From sequence record LT960552.1: a stretch of 64,000 nucleotides of DNA. The stretch is one strand, 5' to 3'. The notes under the pieces were generated by a model, which was not told where the DNA came from, ran no database searches, and saw nothing but the letters and a program-made list of their open reading frames with translations. The position numbers and the translations under genes are program-made. Each line of letters begins with the position of its first letter. Positions within the stretch are counted from its first letter, which is position 1. Below, one piece after another: positions 9,044 to 19,457 of the stretch.

Positions 9044-12000
9044 TTATGGTCTTTGTGCAATGAACACATCATATTTAGAACCAATACCACAATAAACTAC
9101 TTGACAAATGCTTACTGCATTAGCAGCAGTATTAACTTCACCACCAATGATAGAGTAAGTATTATCCCAAGTTACTGCGTGTCCACCAGTTGCGTCTTGT
9201 GTTACATAAATGAACCAAGAACCTGCACCATTCACACCAGTAATTGGTTGAATAGAAGTATTTGCAGTTACTGAAACGTTATAAACGTTTGAAGTTCCAT
9301 CTGGTGTCCATGTAGAAGTACTGATAGATTCAGCAGCATGTTGTGCTACAAAATATGTTCCAGTTTTGAATGAAGTAGTTACCAATGAAGATAAGTTAGC
9401 ATTCAAAGTACCAGTAACGGTTAAGTTATTAACTGTAGTCAAACCAGTAACACCTAAAGTACCTGATAAAGTAGTATTTCCAGTAACACCTAGAGTACCA
9501 GAAGCAGTAATATTAGTTGCAGAAACAGCAGCTAACGTACTTGCACCTGATGCACTTAATGTACCAGTAATTGCATGATTACCAGAGTTTAGACCTGCTA
9601 AAGTAGTTAATCCAGTTACACCAAATGTACCAGAGACTGTTGCACTACCATTAATTGAAGCATTACCAGTAATTCTACCAGTTGAACCTAACACTAAGGC
9701 AGCAGCACCACCAATATGAACATCACCAGTTGTTGTAGTAATACTTTTTACAGTAATATCTGAAGTACTTTGGTCTAATGTACCTATAATTAATCCAGTA
9801 ACAGTGAAGTTACCAGTAGTAGTTACATTACCATTAACTTGTAAGTTATTATTAGTACTACCACTTGCACCAATTATTGCTGTTGCAGCAGTTAATGAAG
9901 TTCCTATAGTAGCTGAACCAGTAGATGATATATTACCACTAGCAGTTACGTTACGTGGTGAAATATCACGTGAAGTTAAATCAATCTGTGCATTAATAAC
10001 ACCAGTTACATCCAAGTCACCAGTAATTGTGGTGTTACCAAATACATTCAACGCTTTATCAGCAACTGGAGTACCAGTACCTACTTGTAATAATTGAATT
10101 TTAGAAGTTCCAACACCATTAACAGTTAATGTACCAGTTAATGTACTGTTTCCAGTAACACCTAGAGTACCAGAAGCAGTAATATTAGTTGCAGAAACAG
10201 CAGCTAATGTACTTGCACCTGATGCACTTAATGTACCAGTAATTGCATGATTACCAGAGTTTAGACCTGCAAGAGTTGTTAAACCTGTTACACCTAAAGT
10301 AGTACCTACAGATACTGCACCAGTAGTAGTTACAGAAGCCACATTTAATGCTGCTGCTCCTAAGTTTAATCCACCAGTTGGTGTTAATGTACCATTAACT
10401 GTTACATTATTAGCAAATGTACTTGTTGCGTTAACAGTTAGAGTATCAGTACTTGCATCACCTATTGTAGTATTACCATTAGCAGTTAATGCACCAGTTA
10501 TGGTTGCAGATGCTAATGTTGCTAAACCAGAAGTACCCAAAGTACCCAAAGTACTTGTACCAGTAACACTTAATGTTGTAGTAACAGAAGCACTGTTTAA
10601 AGTTGCTAAACCAGAAGTACTTAATGTACTTAATGTACTTGTACCAGTAACATTTAATGTACCAGAAACTTTAGGAGATCCAGTAATATTACCAGTAGTT
10701 AATACTAAGTTAGTTCCTACTGTTGTAGTACCTGAACTTTCTAATGAAGCAGCTACTAAATTAGTGGCACTTAAATCAAACACACCATCAACTGTTAAAT
10801 CACCTTCAATATGAGCATTACCAGAAGATGTAATAGCAGCTACTGTTACGTTAGCAGTACTTAAATCTACAGAACCTGGTGTTAATGTACCTGAAACTGT
10901 TAAATTACCAGTTATTGAAGTATTTTTTATAATTGCTACAGTAGCATTTGCACTAGTAATATTACCATTTAGAGTTGTAACACCAGATACAGTTGCAGAG
11001 CTTGCGGTTAATCCAGCTAAAGTAGTTGCACCAGTAACACCTAATGTTCCACTAGCAGTAACACCAGCTAATGCACTTACACCAGTAACAGAAAGACTTG
11101 TTACATTTGCTGTTCCGATTGTAGCAGTTGTTGAACCTAAAATTGGAAGAGTTGAAGCTTCAGTTGCAGTTATTGATTTAACAGCTACATCAGATGCACT
11201 TAAATCAAACGTACCATCAACTACTAAATCGCCACCAACATTAACATTTCCAGTAGTAGTTAACGATACTGAAGTTATATTTGCTGAACTTAAATCTAAA
11301 CCACCAGCAGGAGTAAACACACCAGTTACAGTTAAAGCTTTATCCATAGTTACATTATCTGCAAAATGAATAGTACCGTCTGCTGGGCTTGAACTAATTA
11401 TTCCAGATACAGTTACGTCAGCTAAATTCATTGTACTAGTAACACTTAATGTTCCAGCAGTTAAACTTGTAATATCAGCAGAGCTAGCTGCAACTGAGAA
11501 TGGAGAAATTTCTTGTCCATTAACAATTTTATGAACATTAGCACCATATAAATTACCATTAACTGTTAAATTACCAGTGGTTGAAACTGGATTCTCAAAG
11601 TTAGTATTAGCTGAAACAGTTAAAATACCAGATGTTGTTTTAACATCTAATGTATCTGTTTTTAATATAGTACCAACAGTTATTCCTTCAGTACTTACTA
11701 CTGATTTTGGAGCAATATCTAAACCATCAACATTAGCTTCAGCAGTAACACCAGTTGTTGTTCCAGTAACTATTAAATCTTTGATTGTTGCGGTTTCAGT
11801 AACTGTTGCATTACTAAAAGTACTCAATCCTTCAATATCAAGTGTTCCAGAAACATTTAGATTTTCCAGTTGGCTTGTACCAGATGAATTAATTCCAACA
11901 AAATTACTTGGACCAGTTGCTGTAATGGTAGTTGCATTTAGTGAACCAGTACCTATAATTCCTGCGGTAACACCAGAATTAAAGGTTACGCCACCATCAA

Positions 12001-13681
12001 ATACTGCATCTTGTGATGCTGTGAAGATTCCACCAACTGTTACATCACCAGTACTTTCTATTGTTGCAGGTTTAATATCTAAACCGTCAACATTAGCTTC
12101 AACAGTAACACCAGTTGTTGTTCCAGTAACTATTAAATCTTTGATTGTAGTTGTTTGACCATTGACAGTAACATTACCAGTAAATGTACTTGAACCAGTA
12201 ACACCTAAAGTACCACTTAATGTAGTATTTCCAGTAACACCTAATGTTGTTCCAACAGTTGTTCCACCAGTACTATGTAAAGTTGCAGCTTCAATATTAG
12301 CAGTTGCGGTAACACTATTTGGTGTAATATCTTGACCAGCTACATCAGCAGAAATACCCGTTGTTGTTCCAGTAACTACTAAATTGTTAACAGTTGTGGT
12401 AGCACCTAAAGTACTTGAACCAGCTACAGTTAATTGTGGTCTAGAAGTTCCGGTAGTACTATTACCGACAATATCCAAATAATCAATACTTGATTTACCT
12501 TTAGAGGTTAAACCGTAATCGGCAAATGTTACATCACCAAAAGTACCACGTGAAATGGTTGATTTTTGTCCTTGGAATTCGCTAGAACTTATTTTATATG
12601 GTTCAATAGCTGATTTAATATCGGAAGGACGTGCTGGGTCATTATAGTTAAATTGAATGATACCAGAAGCACCAGCCACATTATAAGTTTGTAAAGTAGC
12701 TGAGCTTGTTGTTCCTGTTAAGTTACCATTTAAAACAACGCTGTTTAAAGTACTTTGACCAGTAACTGTAATGGTTGTGAAATTACCGTTTGCAATAGAA
12801 TAATCACCACTTAGTGTACCATTTATAACTACATCTTCAAATGTAGCAGTAGTTCCAGTACCCATTGATAGATTACTATTTAAATTTGTACTTCCTTCAA
12901 CAACTAAACTTTCCAATGTGGTTTCGCCAGTAGCGTGTAAATCACCTTGAATATCGGTTGTTGATTTTATTGTTAAAGTATCAGATGAATCTGAGCCAAT
13001 TGCTACATTATTATTAAAATTAGAGGTAGAATTAACAGTTAGAATATCAGTACTTAAATCACCAATAGTTACGTTATTTTTGAAATCAGCGGTTGAATTA
13101 ACAATCAAAGAATCAGTACTTGCGTCACCAATGGTTACATTATTATTTAAATTGGTATTTGAATTAACTGCTAGTACATCAGCAGAAGTTTCACCAATCG
13201 TTACATTATTTTTGAAATCTGTAGTAGAATTCACAGTCAATGTATCAGCAGCAGCATCACCAACAATAACATTGTTGTTAAAAGTAGCTGGAGCAACAAA
13301 TGTTGAAGTTGCATTAACAGTTAGTGTATCTGTACTAGCATTTCCTATTACAGTGTTTCCTTCAATTGATACATCACTATGTGCAGTGATTGGAGCATTA
13401 AAAGATGAGGTTCCATTTACAGTAACAGTATTGGTATCGGAATTACCAATTGTGGTGTTACCAGAAATTGTAACGTCTTTTAGTGCAGCAGTACCAGTAG
13501 AGTTAACATCAGCAAGGTTTGATGGACCAGTGATCGTGATCTGTGTAAATGTCGCCTCTGCAAAAGTAATCGTACCATTTACAGTAAGATTATTTGCAAC
13601 GACTGCATTACCATTAACCAAAAGATCTTTAGAAATCGTTTGATTACCAGATACATCAAGATCAGTCTTTATAGAATACAT
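9044..13681 (-). CDS. Long repeat-rich tail fibre protein
   Basis: 1545 aa of T/G/V/S/N repeats (22-aa tandem unit, GTLGVTG repeats); C-terminal QDATGGHAVTW-type fibre domain; followed by a chaperone-like gene. Confidence 0.8.
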   Translation of the reverse strand: MYSIKTDLDVSGNQTISKDLLVNGNAVVANNLTVNGTITFAEATFTQITITGPSNLADVNSTGTAALKDVTISGNTTIGNSDTNTVTVNGTSSFNAPITAHSDVSIEGNTVIGNASTDTLTVNATSTFVAPATFNNNVIVGDAAADTLTVNSTTDFKNNVTIGETSADVLAVNSNTNLNNNVTIGDASTDSLIVNSTADFKNNVTIGDLSTDILTVNSTSNFNNNVAIGSDSSDTLTIKSTTDIQGDLHATGETTLESLVVEGSTNLNSNLSMGTGTTATFEDVVINGTLSGDYSIANGNFTTITVTGQSTLNSVVLNGNLTGTTSSATLQTYNVAGASGIIQFNYNDPARPSDIKSAIEPYKISSSEFQGQKSTISRGTFGDVTFADYGLTSKGKSSIDYLDIVGNSTTGTSRPQLTVAGSSTLGATTTVNNLVVTGTTTGISADVAGQDITPNSVTATANIEAATLHSTGGTTVGTTLGVTGNTTLSGTLGVTGSSTFTGNVTVNGQTTTIKDLIVTGTTTGVTVEANVDGLDIKPATIESTGDVTVGGIFTASQDAVFDGGVTFNSGVTAGIIGTGSLNATTITATGPSNFVGINSSGTSQLENLNVSGTLDIEGLSTFSNATVTETATIKDLIVTGTTTGVTAEANVDGLDIAPKSVVSTEGITVGTILKTDTLDVKTTSGILTVSANTNFENPVSTTGNLTVNGNLYGANVHKIVNGQEISPFSVAASSADITSLTAGTLSVTSTMNLADVTVSGIISSSPADGTIHFADNVTMDKALTVTGVFTPAGGLDLSSANITSVSLTTTGNVNVGGDLVVDGTFDLSASDVAVKSITATEASTLPILGSTTATIGTANVTSLSVTGVSALAGVTASGTLGVTGATTLAGLTASSATVSGVTTLNGNITSANATVAIIKNTSITGNLTVSGTLTPGSVDLSTANVTVAAITSSGNAHIEGDLTVDGVFDLSATNLVAASLESSGTTTVGTNLVLTTGNITGSPKVSGTLNVTGTSTLSTLSTSGLATLNSASVTTTLSVTGTSTLGTLGTSGLATLASATITGALTANGNTTIGDASTDTLTVNATSTFANNVTVNGTLTPTGGLNLGAAALNVASVTTTGAVSVGTTLGVTGLTTLAGLNSGNHAITGTLSASGASTLAAVSATNITASGTLGVTGNSTLTGTLTVNGVGTSKIQLLQVGTGTPVADKALNVFGNTTITGDLDVTGVINAQIDLTSRDISPRNVTASGNISSTGSATIGTSLTAATAIIGASGSTNNNLQVNGNVTTTGNFTVTGLIIGTLDQSTSDITVKSITTTTGDVHIGGAAALVLGSTGRITGNASINGSATVSGTFGVTGLTTLAGLNSGNHAITGTLSASGASTLAAVSATNITASGTLGVTGNTTLSGTLGVTGLTTVNNLTVTGTLNANLSSLVTTSFKTGTYFVAQHAAESISTSTWTPDGTSNVYNVSVTANTSIQPITGVNGAGSWFIYVTQDATGGHAVTWDNTYSIIGGEVNTAANAVSICQVVYCGIGSKYDVFIAQRP
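9477..9598. repeat. 122-bp direct repeat, copy 1 (copy 2 at 10149-10270)
   Basis: Copies 672 nt apart; only one mismatch seen (aacgtac/aatgtac). Confidence 0.85.
10149..10270. repeat. 122-bp direct repeat, copy 2
   Basis: Near-identical to 9477-9598. Confidence 0.85.
11714..11788. repeat. 75-bp direct repeat, copy 1 (copy 2 at 12074-12148)
   Basis: Encodes TIKDLIVTGTTTGVT(A/V)EANVDGLDI twice; copies 360 nt apart with a few mismatches. Confidence 0.8.
12074..12148. repeat. 75-bp direct repeat, copy 2
   Basis: Near-identical to 11714-11788. Confidence 0.8.
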
Positions 13682-13742
13682 ATATGTAATCCCTCCGTTG
13701 GATTTAATTATGGAAAAACTTATCCCAAATCATTATTTCAAG

Positions 13743-13750
13743 TATTTATG
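13743..13750 (-). promoter_or_regulatory. T4-type late promoter (CATAAATA)
   Basis: NATAAATA box upstream of the long fibre gene. Confidence 0.55.
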
Positions 13751-13784
13751 ACTATACTATATAATGACAATACATTATAATAAA

Positions 13785-13814
13785 AAAAATCCAGAAACTG
13801 ATTTCTGGATTTTT
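13785..13814. terminator. Intrinsic terminator
   Basis: 13-bp stem AAAAATCCAGAAA/TTTCTGGATTTTT, loop CTGA. Confidence 0.8.
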
Positions 13815-13821
13815 ATTTTAT

Positions 13822-14682
13822 TTATTTACCACTTAAAACAACTTTACCACTGAAGGTTACATTAGTTTTAAGAGTTACATTACCAGAACTATCAATTGCA
13901 GTTTCAACTGCAACTAAAGAATATGGTGAAGTACTTGTTGCAGAATCAACAGTATTTTGATATACTGTTATAAAAATTGCACCAGGAGCTTGACCATGAA
14001 CTGATTGTGGAATAGATAATGCGAATTCACTACCAGATGTTGTCCAATCTGATTTATTAATCAATTGGCTATACGGCGTGGTCATATTAGTTTCTCCTAT
14101 AATTACTACGTTGACATTTGATGTTGGGACTGTGCCAACAGATACTGTAATATTACCCGAACTATCTACTACTACATCAGCATTTTCTACTGAACCATTT
14201 GTACCTTGTAATTGAATCATAATATTATTACCACGACCGTGCTCAGTTGCAGGTAATGTATAAACATAGTTTGACCCAACTTGTGTAAATTCTGCTGGTG
14301 TAGCAGAAATTGTGGTTACATATGGTGTATCCGTTGTTTGTGAATTAAAAGGTTTCCAGATTCCTAAATCTTTTACATATATTTGTAATATGTTAGTTGC
14401 GTCAACCTTATAATATACATCACCGTCTACGCCTAAGCTTGGGTCTGGATCTGTAGTTCCACGTAATGCTGAACCTGATCCACCTCCACTATGTGCATTA
14501 AAATATGCTAGAGTAACTAGGTGTGTACCGTCAGATGGGTCTGCCGCACTGATTGGAATAAGATTTGTTCCTTGATAGTTATATGCTTTAACTGCACCAT
14601 TTTCATATGCTAGTTTTGAACCATTTTTACCAAGGATAAAAGTCTTTTTCATGGTTCCTTCTAAATTAGAAAAAACTGCCAT
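13822..14682 (-). CDS. Virion structural protein (fibre-associated)
   Basis: 286 aa; GTTDPDPSLGVDGDVYY motif typical of phage fibre proteins; two similar C-terminal beta modules; late promoter upstream. Confidence 0.65.
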   Translation of the reverse strand: MAVFSNLEGTMKKTFILGKNGSKLAYENGAVKAYNYQGTNLIPISAADPSDGTHLVTLAYFNAHSGGGSGSALRGTTDPDPSLGVDGDVYYKVDATNILQIYVKDLGIWKPFNSQTTDTPYVTTISATPAEFTQVGSNYVYTLPATEHGRGNNIMIQLQGTNGSVENADVVVDSSGNITVSVGTVPTSNVNVVIIGETNMTTPYSQLINKSDWTTSGSEFALSIPQSVHGQAPGAIFITVYQNTVDSATSTSPYSLVAVETAIDSSGNVTLKTNVTFSGKVVLSGK

Positions 14683-14714
14683 CGATACTTTCTCCTAAGA
14701 ATGTTTGTTTCTTG

Positions 14715-14722
14715 TATTTATG
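14715..14722 (-). promoter_or_regulatory. T4-type late promoter (CATAAATA)
   Basis: NATAAATA box in the intergenic region. Confidence 0.55.
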
Positions 14723-14736
14723 AACCCTATAAAAAA

Positions 14737-14754
14737 GGGAGAATAGTTTCTCCC
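14737..14754. terminator. Intrinsic terminator
   Basis: GGGAGAA/TTCTCCC stem preceded by an A6 run (U-tail on the minus strand). Confidence 0.7.
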
Positions 14755-14760
14755 AATTTT

Positions 14761-15879
14761 TTAGATATTGTCTTCAATTGGTGTAATTGGAAGCTGTTTA
14801 GCTATAGTTACAATAATTGTCATTAGTCCAGTACTGCTATTGTTTACAGATTCGTTGAAGATACAAGAAATTATTTCTTCAACTGTACTAACTTCGTGAT
14901 TAACTTCGTTAACTATATAACGATTAGCAATATTAATATCAAAATAATCTGCTGGTGCAATGATAGTACCACCAATTTCAGATTGTGCGGTTCCACCAAA
15001 ACGTACTTCTAAATCAGTAACTGGTGCATTGTATGCAGTACTAATATCAACTTCAATATTAGTTACCAAATATCCTGCTGGACACTTACCAATTACAAGT
15101 AATGCGTTTTCGTATGAAGTATCAATAACATTTTTAATTGCATAAATGTTATTTGCATCAGAACCAGCAGGTCCAGGATCACCATCGTCCCCTTTTAGTC
15201 CTTGTGGACCACGGAATAAAATTCCAGGACTCCAAGATTTTTGACCATTAGATGCTTCAATTACATAATATAAAAAACCAGTTTCTGTATTATAGAAAGT
15301 ATATCCAGGATCTAAATTTGTAATTGTTGGGAAAGTATCTCCCTGTGAATTAATTATAAATTGTCCTTGAAGTCCTCTATCACCTTTAAATTGATAAGGT
15401 CCATTCCATACTGTATTATCTAAATCATATATCCAAATTGTACCATCAGTTGTTTTATAGAATGTATAGTTATCAACCAATCCAGTTGTTGGGAAAGTAG
15501 TTCCTGAAGAATCAATAGTAAATGATTTTCCAGCAATACCTTGTTGTCCTTGTCCAAAAGGTGCACTTATCCAAGTTGAAGTAGGTTGATTAGCATCATT
15601 AGTTTTAAAATATAAAGATACTGGATCAGTTAAACTTAGATATGTCCAACCTTGAGGTTTATCAGTATTAAAAGATGAGTTTGGAACTACAAAACCGATT
15701 TCGTTAGGATAAAAGTTTGTTCCATCAGCACCATTTTGACCAACCACAAGACCCAAATCTTCAATAGTATTATCATCATATGTTACTATTAAATGTCCTG
15801 CATTATTAATAACTAAATTCTTAATACCTGAGCAATTTGAGCAGGATGATGAAGACCCATTATTAAATGAAATTGTCAT
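14761..15879 (-). CDS. Collagen-like (Gly-X-Y) virion protein
   Basis: Interrupted GXY tracts: GQQGIAG, GDRGLQG, GPQGLKGDDGDPGPAG. Confidence 0.7.
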   Translation of the reverse strand: MTISFNNGSSSSCSNCSGIKNLVINNAGHLIVTYDDNTIEDLGLVVGQNGADGTNFYPNEIGFVVPNSSFNTDKPQGWTYLSLTDPVSLYFKTNDANQPTSTWISAPFGQGQQGIAGKSFTIDSSGTTFPTTGLVDNYTFYKTTDGTIWIYDLDNTVWNGPYQFKGDRGLQGQFIINSQGDTFPTITNLDPGYTFYNTETGFLYYVIEASNGQKSWSPGILFRGPQGLKGDDGDPGPAGSDANNIYAIKNVIDTSYENALLVIGKCPAGYLVTNIEVDISTAYNAPVTDLEVRFGGTAQSEIGGTIIAPADYFDINIANRYIVNEVNHEVSTVEEIISCIFNESVNNSSTGLMTIIVTIAKQLPITPIEDNI

Positions 15880-15913
15880 AGTTCATTCCTTTTTTGTTAT
15901 GCCATATTACCAA

Positions 15914-15952
15914 TATTTATCCTCTAATTTTACAATCACGGTACTATAAATA
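15914..15952. promoter_or_regulatory. Divergent pair of T4-type late promoters
   Basis: GATAAATA on the minus strand (15914-15921) and a perfect TATAAATA on the plus strand (15945-15952), between divergent structural genes. Confidence 0.7.
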
Positions 15953-15984
15953 AGATAAAGTTCATTATAGAGGACTATAAGACT

Positions 15985-16482
15985 ATGGCTTTAAGATCAA
16001 AGAATTTTCTTTTTAGAAGAATAGGAAAAGATGGAAGAGAAATGGATTTTCAAGATAGTGATTCATGGTATAATACCAATAATGATTATCATTGGAATGA
16101 AGTCTCATTACCATTAGCTGCTGGTGGATACTATGGAAGTACTACTGGTTTACATACACTTGCATTTACATTACGTAATTTCATTGGAAGAATTTATGTA
16201 GAAGCAACTTTAGCAAGTGAACCTACCGCAATTGATTGGTTTCCAATCAAATTCGAAGAAAGTTGCAAATTTTATCTAGAATTTACCGATACAAAAATTT
16301 ACAACCCTGATTCAGAACAAACCATTTATCAACATGGCGTAACTGGAACATTTGCAGAAAATGTTATCGGAAACTTTACATATTTGCGTGTCGGAATTCA
16401 ACGTGATTATATCGCAGTTGAACCATCATTGCTTCAAAAGCAAATGGCAGGTAAATTAGAAGAAATACAAATAAACTACTAA
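15985..16482 (+). CDS. Putative virion structural protein
   Basis: 165 aa; first gene downstream of a perfect late promoter; RBS GAGG. Confidence 0.6.
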   Translation: MALRSKNFLFRRIGKDGREMDFQDSDSWYNTNNDYHWNEVSLPLAAGGYYGSTTGLHTLAFTLRNFIGRIYVEATLASEPTAIDWFPIKFEESCKFYLEFTDTKIYNPDSEQTIYQHGVTGTFAENVIGNFTYLRVGIQRDYIAVEPSLLQKQMAGKLEEIQINY

Positions 16483-16492
16483 GGGATTAGAA

Positions 16493-17101
16493 ATGAATAA
16501 CAAAATCGAAATACCAAGACTATTTGTTAAAGGACATGTGCTAATCACTGATATTACTGACCCTGATAATGTATCAATAGTTGTGGATAAATCAAACGCA
16601 ATCCATCCTGAAAATATGAGTCAGGCAATTGCAAATTCATTAGCAGCAAATATGGATTCATTAGGTATTAGTTTAGGTGCAATCTCTGAAATGAGATTTG
16701 GTAATGGCGGTACTGTTGTTCTTAGTACTGGTCGCGTTACTTATAAAACTCCACGTATTAGTTCTTTTGGTGGATTATACTCTGAAACTTATTCTAAAAA
16801 AATCAATGCTAATGTTAATGCTGGAGTAGAATCAGAATATAATAATGTAACAACAGTACATATTCCAGGTCAAGTTTATACTGATATAGTATGTTTGTGT
16901 ACTTTAGGATTGGGTGAACCATCTGACCAAAATGTTAGTAGTACTACTGATATGGAAGGGAACTATGTATTTGATGAATTGGGCTTGTATACTGATGGAA
17001 ATTCAGGAATGGCATTATCACATATTATATTCCATCCAGTTGAAAAAAGTGCAAACAGAATATTACAAATAAAATATACCGTTCGTGTTCAGTTGCAATA
17101 A
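16493..17101 (+). CDS. Putative virion structural protein (fibre attachment/baseplate-like)
   Basis: EMRFGNGG and FDELGLY motifs resemble fibre-proximal/collar domains; late operon. Confidence 0.55.
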   Translation: MNNKIEIPRLFVKGHVLITDITDPDNVSIVVDKSNAIHPENMSQAIANSLAANMDSLGISLGAISEMRFGNGGTVVLSTGRVTYKTPRISSFGGLYSETYSKKINANVNAGVESEYNNVTTVHIPGQVYTDIVCLCTLGLGEPSDQNVSSTTDMEGNYVFDELGLYTDGNSGMALSHIIFHPVEKSANRILQIKYTVRVQLQ

Positions 17102-17111
17102 GGAGATATAA

Positions 17112-18218
17112 ATGATAAACTATATTATTAAACGTAGTAATGGTAAAATTTATGCCTCTATTCCAAATAACGTCATTCTCGGCCCAAATCAACCAAACCA
17201 AAATCCAGTACCAATTAATTTAGTTGGTCGAGATAAAGTAGGATATGGTCAAGCCTTAAATGAAAACTTTCTTTGGATGACAGAACATTTCTCTGGACAA
17301 ATAGCACCTAAAGGTTCTGTTCCAGGGCAAATTTGGTATAAAAATACATCCGGTACTGGTGAACTTCTAATTTCTTTAGTTGATTCAGCAAGACAACCAG
17401 ATAATACCAATCCAGATACTGAATTGGATTGGGCTAGTATTCCAATGATTACATTATTCAATACAGTACCGGATGGTGATACCTCTGTTATGGGTAGAAT
17501 GGTACTAACAAATAATGGTGATTCATTAAAAGTACTAATGAAAAATAAAGAATGGCGTGAAATACAAACGACTAGACCTGTTAATAAACAATTTGAATCA
17601 TTATTGGATATTAATTACGACACTGGTGTAAAATATATTGCATTCACCCAATCAACTTCAACAAAAACTATTGCATATTTTAACTTAGGTGGTGCATCAA
17701 TAACAGATGCTAATGGATGGGTAACTTTCCAAAATGGTGAAAGTGTATTACAATTCGGATCAAACTATTTTTATGAATTAAGAATAATGGGTCGTCAAGT
17801 AAATTTAGATACAGAAGGTAATGTAGTTGCATTTCCTAGTGTATATACAACTTGGATGATTAAAGGTTCATTTTACGTAGATAATATTGGTACAATTGTT
17901 CCAGGAGTAACTACGGCGAGTCAAATACCAGATCCACGAAGAATAAACACACTTACTCAAATAGTTGATACTATAGATAGTATTGATCAATCATGGGGAA
18001 TAAATGTTGTTATCAATGGTGCAGATCCAACATTACCAAATCCTAATGGTATTACCAAAACAGATTATAATAACTATGTAACGGCTGCATTGAATAGTCC
18101 AAAGCATTTGGGATTTAGAATAGATGGAAATATTAATGGATTAAGTACTGGACAAACAACACTAACCCAATGGTCAGTGTTGCTTCAGTTGACAGGTATA
18201 CCACCTGTGGGGGTCTAA
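17112..18218 (+). CDS. Putative virion structural protein
   Basis: N-terminal LVGR..GYGQALNENF..M.EHF...GQIWY pattern recurrent in large-phage virion proteins; late operon. Confidence 0.6.
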   Translation: MINYIIKRSNGKIYASIPNNVILGPNQPNQNPVPINLVGRDKVGYGQALNENFLWMTEHFSGQIAPKGSVPGQIWYKNTSGTGELLISLVDSARQPDNTNPDTELDWASIPMITLFNTVPDGDTSVMGRMVLTNNGDSLKVLMKNKEWREIQTTRPVNKQFESLLDINYDTGVKYIAFTQSTSTKTIAYFNLGGASITDANGWVTFQNGESVLQFGSNYFYELRIMGRQVNLDTEGNVVAFPSVYTTWMIKGSFYVDNIGTIVPGVTTASQIPDPRRINTLTQIVDTIDSIDQSWGINVVINGADPTLPNPNGITKTDYNNYVTAALNSPKHLGFRIDGNINGLSTGQTTLTQWSVLLQLTGIPPVGV

Positions 18219-18232
18219 TGGTAGGGTGATTT

Positions 18233-18240
18233 AATAAATA
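18233..18240 (+). promoter_or_regulatory. T4-type late promoter (AATAAATA) upstream of the endonuclease
   Basis: NATAAATA box 63 nt before the ATG. Confidence 0.45.
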
Positions 18241-18242
18241 GA

Positions 18243-18278
18243 ATGGTAGAGAGTTTATATTCTCTATCATTTTTTTTT
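18243..18278 (+). terminator. Intrinsic terminator
   Basis: ATGGTAGAGA/TCTCTATCAT stem followed by a T run. Confidence 0.75.
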
Positions 18279-18302
18279 AATTAAACTGAAAAGGAACTTC
18301 AT

Positions 18303-19457
18303 ATGAAAATAACATTAGATTTAGAATGTATACCCAAAAAATATTATAATGGTAAAGAATATTATGATTGGGGGAAATCAATTGGTATGAATATAAATTT
18401 TACATATTTTGATAATTCGGGAATTTTAAGTATAAAGGGATATAATAGCTCAAAAAGTACATTAATAATAAACTATAAAAATTGTGATATTAAAATTACA
18501 ACAACACGATTTGTTAATAAACAAATTGATTTTGTAAATTATTTTAAATTCACCAACCCAGAAGTACTGAAATATTTGGTTAATGAAGAAGATTCTTTAA
18601 AATATAAAAAATTATCAAGTAAACAAATAAAAGTTAAATGTGATAAATGTAATACAGTTTTTAATAGAAAGGTATCTGCGTTAACATTAAGAGGGATCAG
18701 TTGTAAAAAATGTGGTGATGGTATTTCTTATCCAGAAAAATTTATGCGTTCGTTATTAACACAATTAAAAAAAGATTTTGTACAACAAAAGAAAGTACGA
18801 ATAGATGAAAGTAATAGATTTTATGATTTTGCATTAGAAGATGATAAAATTATTATTGAAATGGATGGTGAATTTCATTATACTCATAAAGAATATGGAT
18901 TAAGTATTGAAGATACTCAAAAGATAGATGAATCTAAAAATGAATGGGCTATTAATAACGGTTATAAAATAATTAGAATTGATTCACGCGAATCAAACCT
19001 TGAATACTTAAAAGATAAAGTACTTACATCTGAACTATCAAGATTATTGGACATTAATACAGTTGATTGGTCTAACATTGGAATAGAATCTGAAACGAAA
19101 ACAATGATTGAAGTTTGTAAGTACAAGAAAGAAAACCCAAACACATTTATTTCAGAAATATCTAAAAAATATGGAATTGGGATTACTACAACAAGTAGAT
19201 ATTTGAAACGTGGAACTGAAATGGGATTATGTTCTTACATTCCACAAGAAGAAAGAAAACGTCAATATAGTGCAATATCTAAGCCATTAATTGTATTAGA
19301 CAAAAATGACAATATTGTTGGTGAATTTAATTCTACTGAAGAATGTGTAAAACTATCATATGATAAATTTGGAGTACATTTTTATGCATCTAATGTTACA
19401 GCAGTACTTAATAATAGAGCAAAAAGTCATAAAAAATATAAATTCAAATTTAAGTAA
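18303..19457 (+). mobile_element. Free-standing putative homing endonuclease (zinc ribbon + PD-(D/E)xK DUF559/Vsr-like nuclease + HTH/NUMOD-like C-terminus)
   Basis: CDKC and CKKC zinc pairs; SYPEKF, RFYDF, IIIEMDGEFHY nuclease motifs; C-terminal FNSTEEC...SNVTAVLNNRAKSH; very Lys-rich, inserted between structural genes. Confidence 0.7.

Noticed and set aside
9053-13643. Long plus-strand ORFs (68-193 aa) opposite the tail fibre gene
   Set aside because: They are antisense shadows of the T/V/G-rich repetitive fibre gene, whose codon usage avoids reverse stops; no RBS or promoter support.
9044-13681. CRISPR array or DGR template/variable repeat
   Set aside because: The repeats are in-frame coding duplications with no repeat-spacer pattern; the differences are not adenine-specific and there is no reverse transcriptase in the window.
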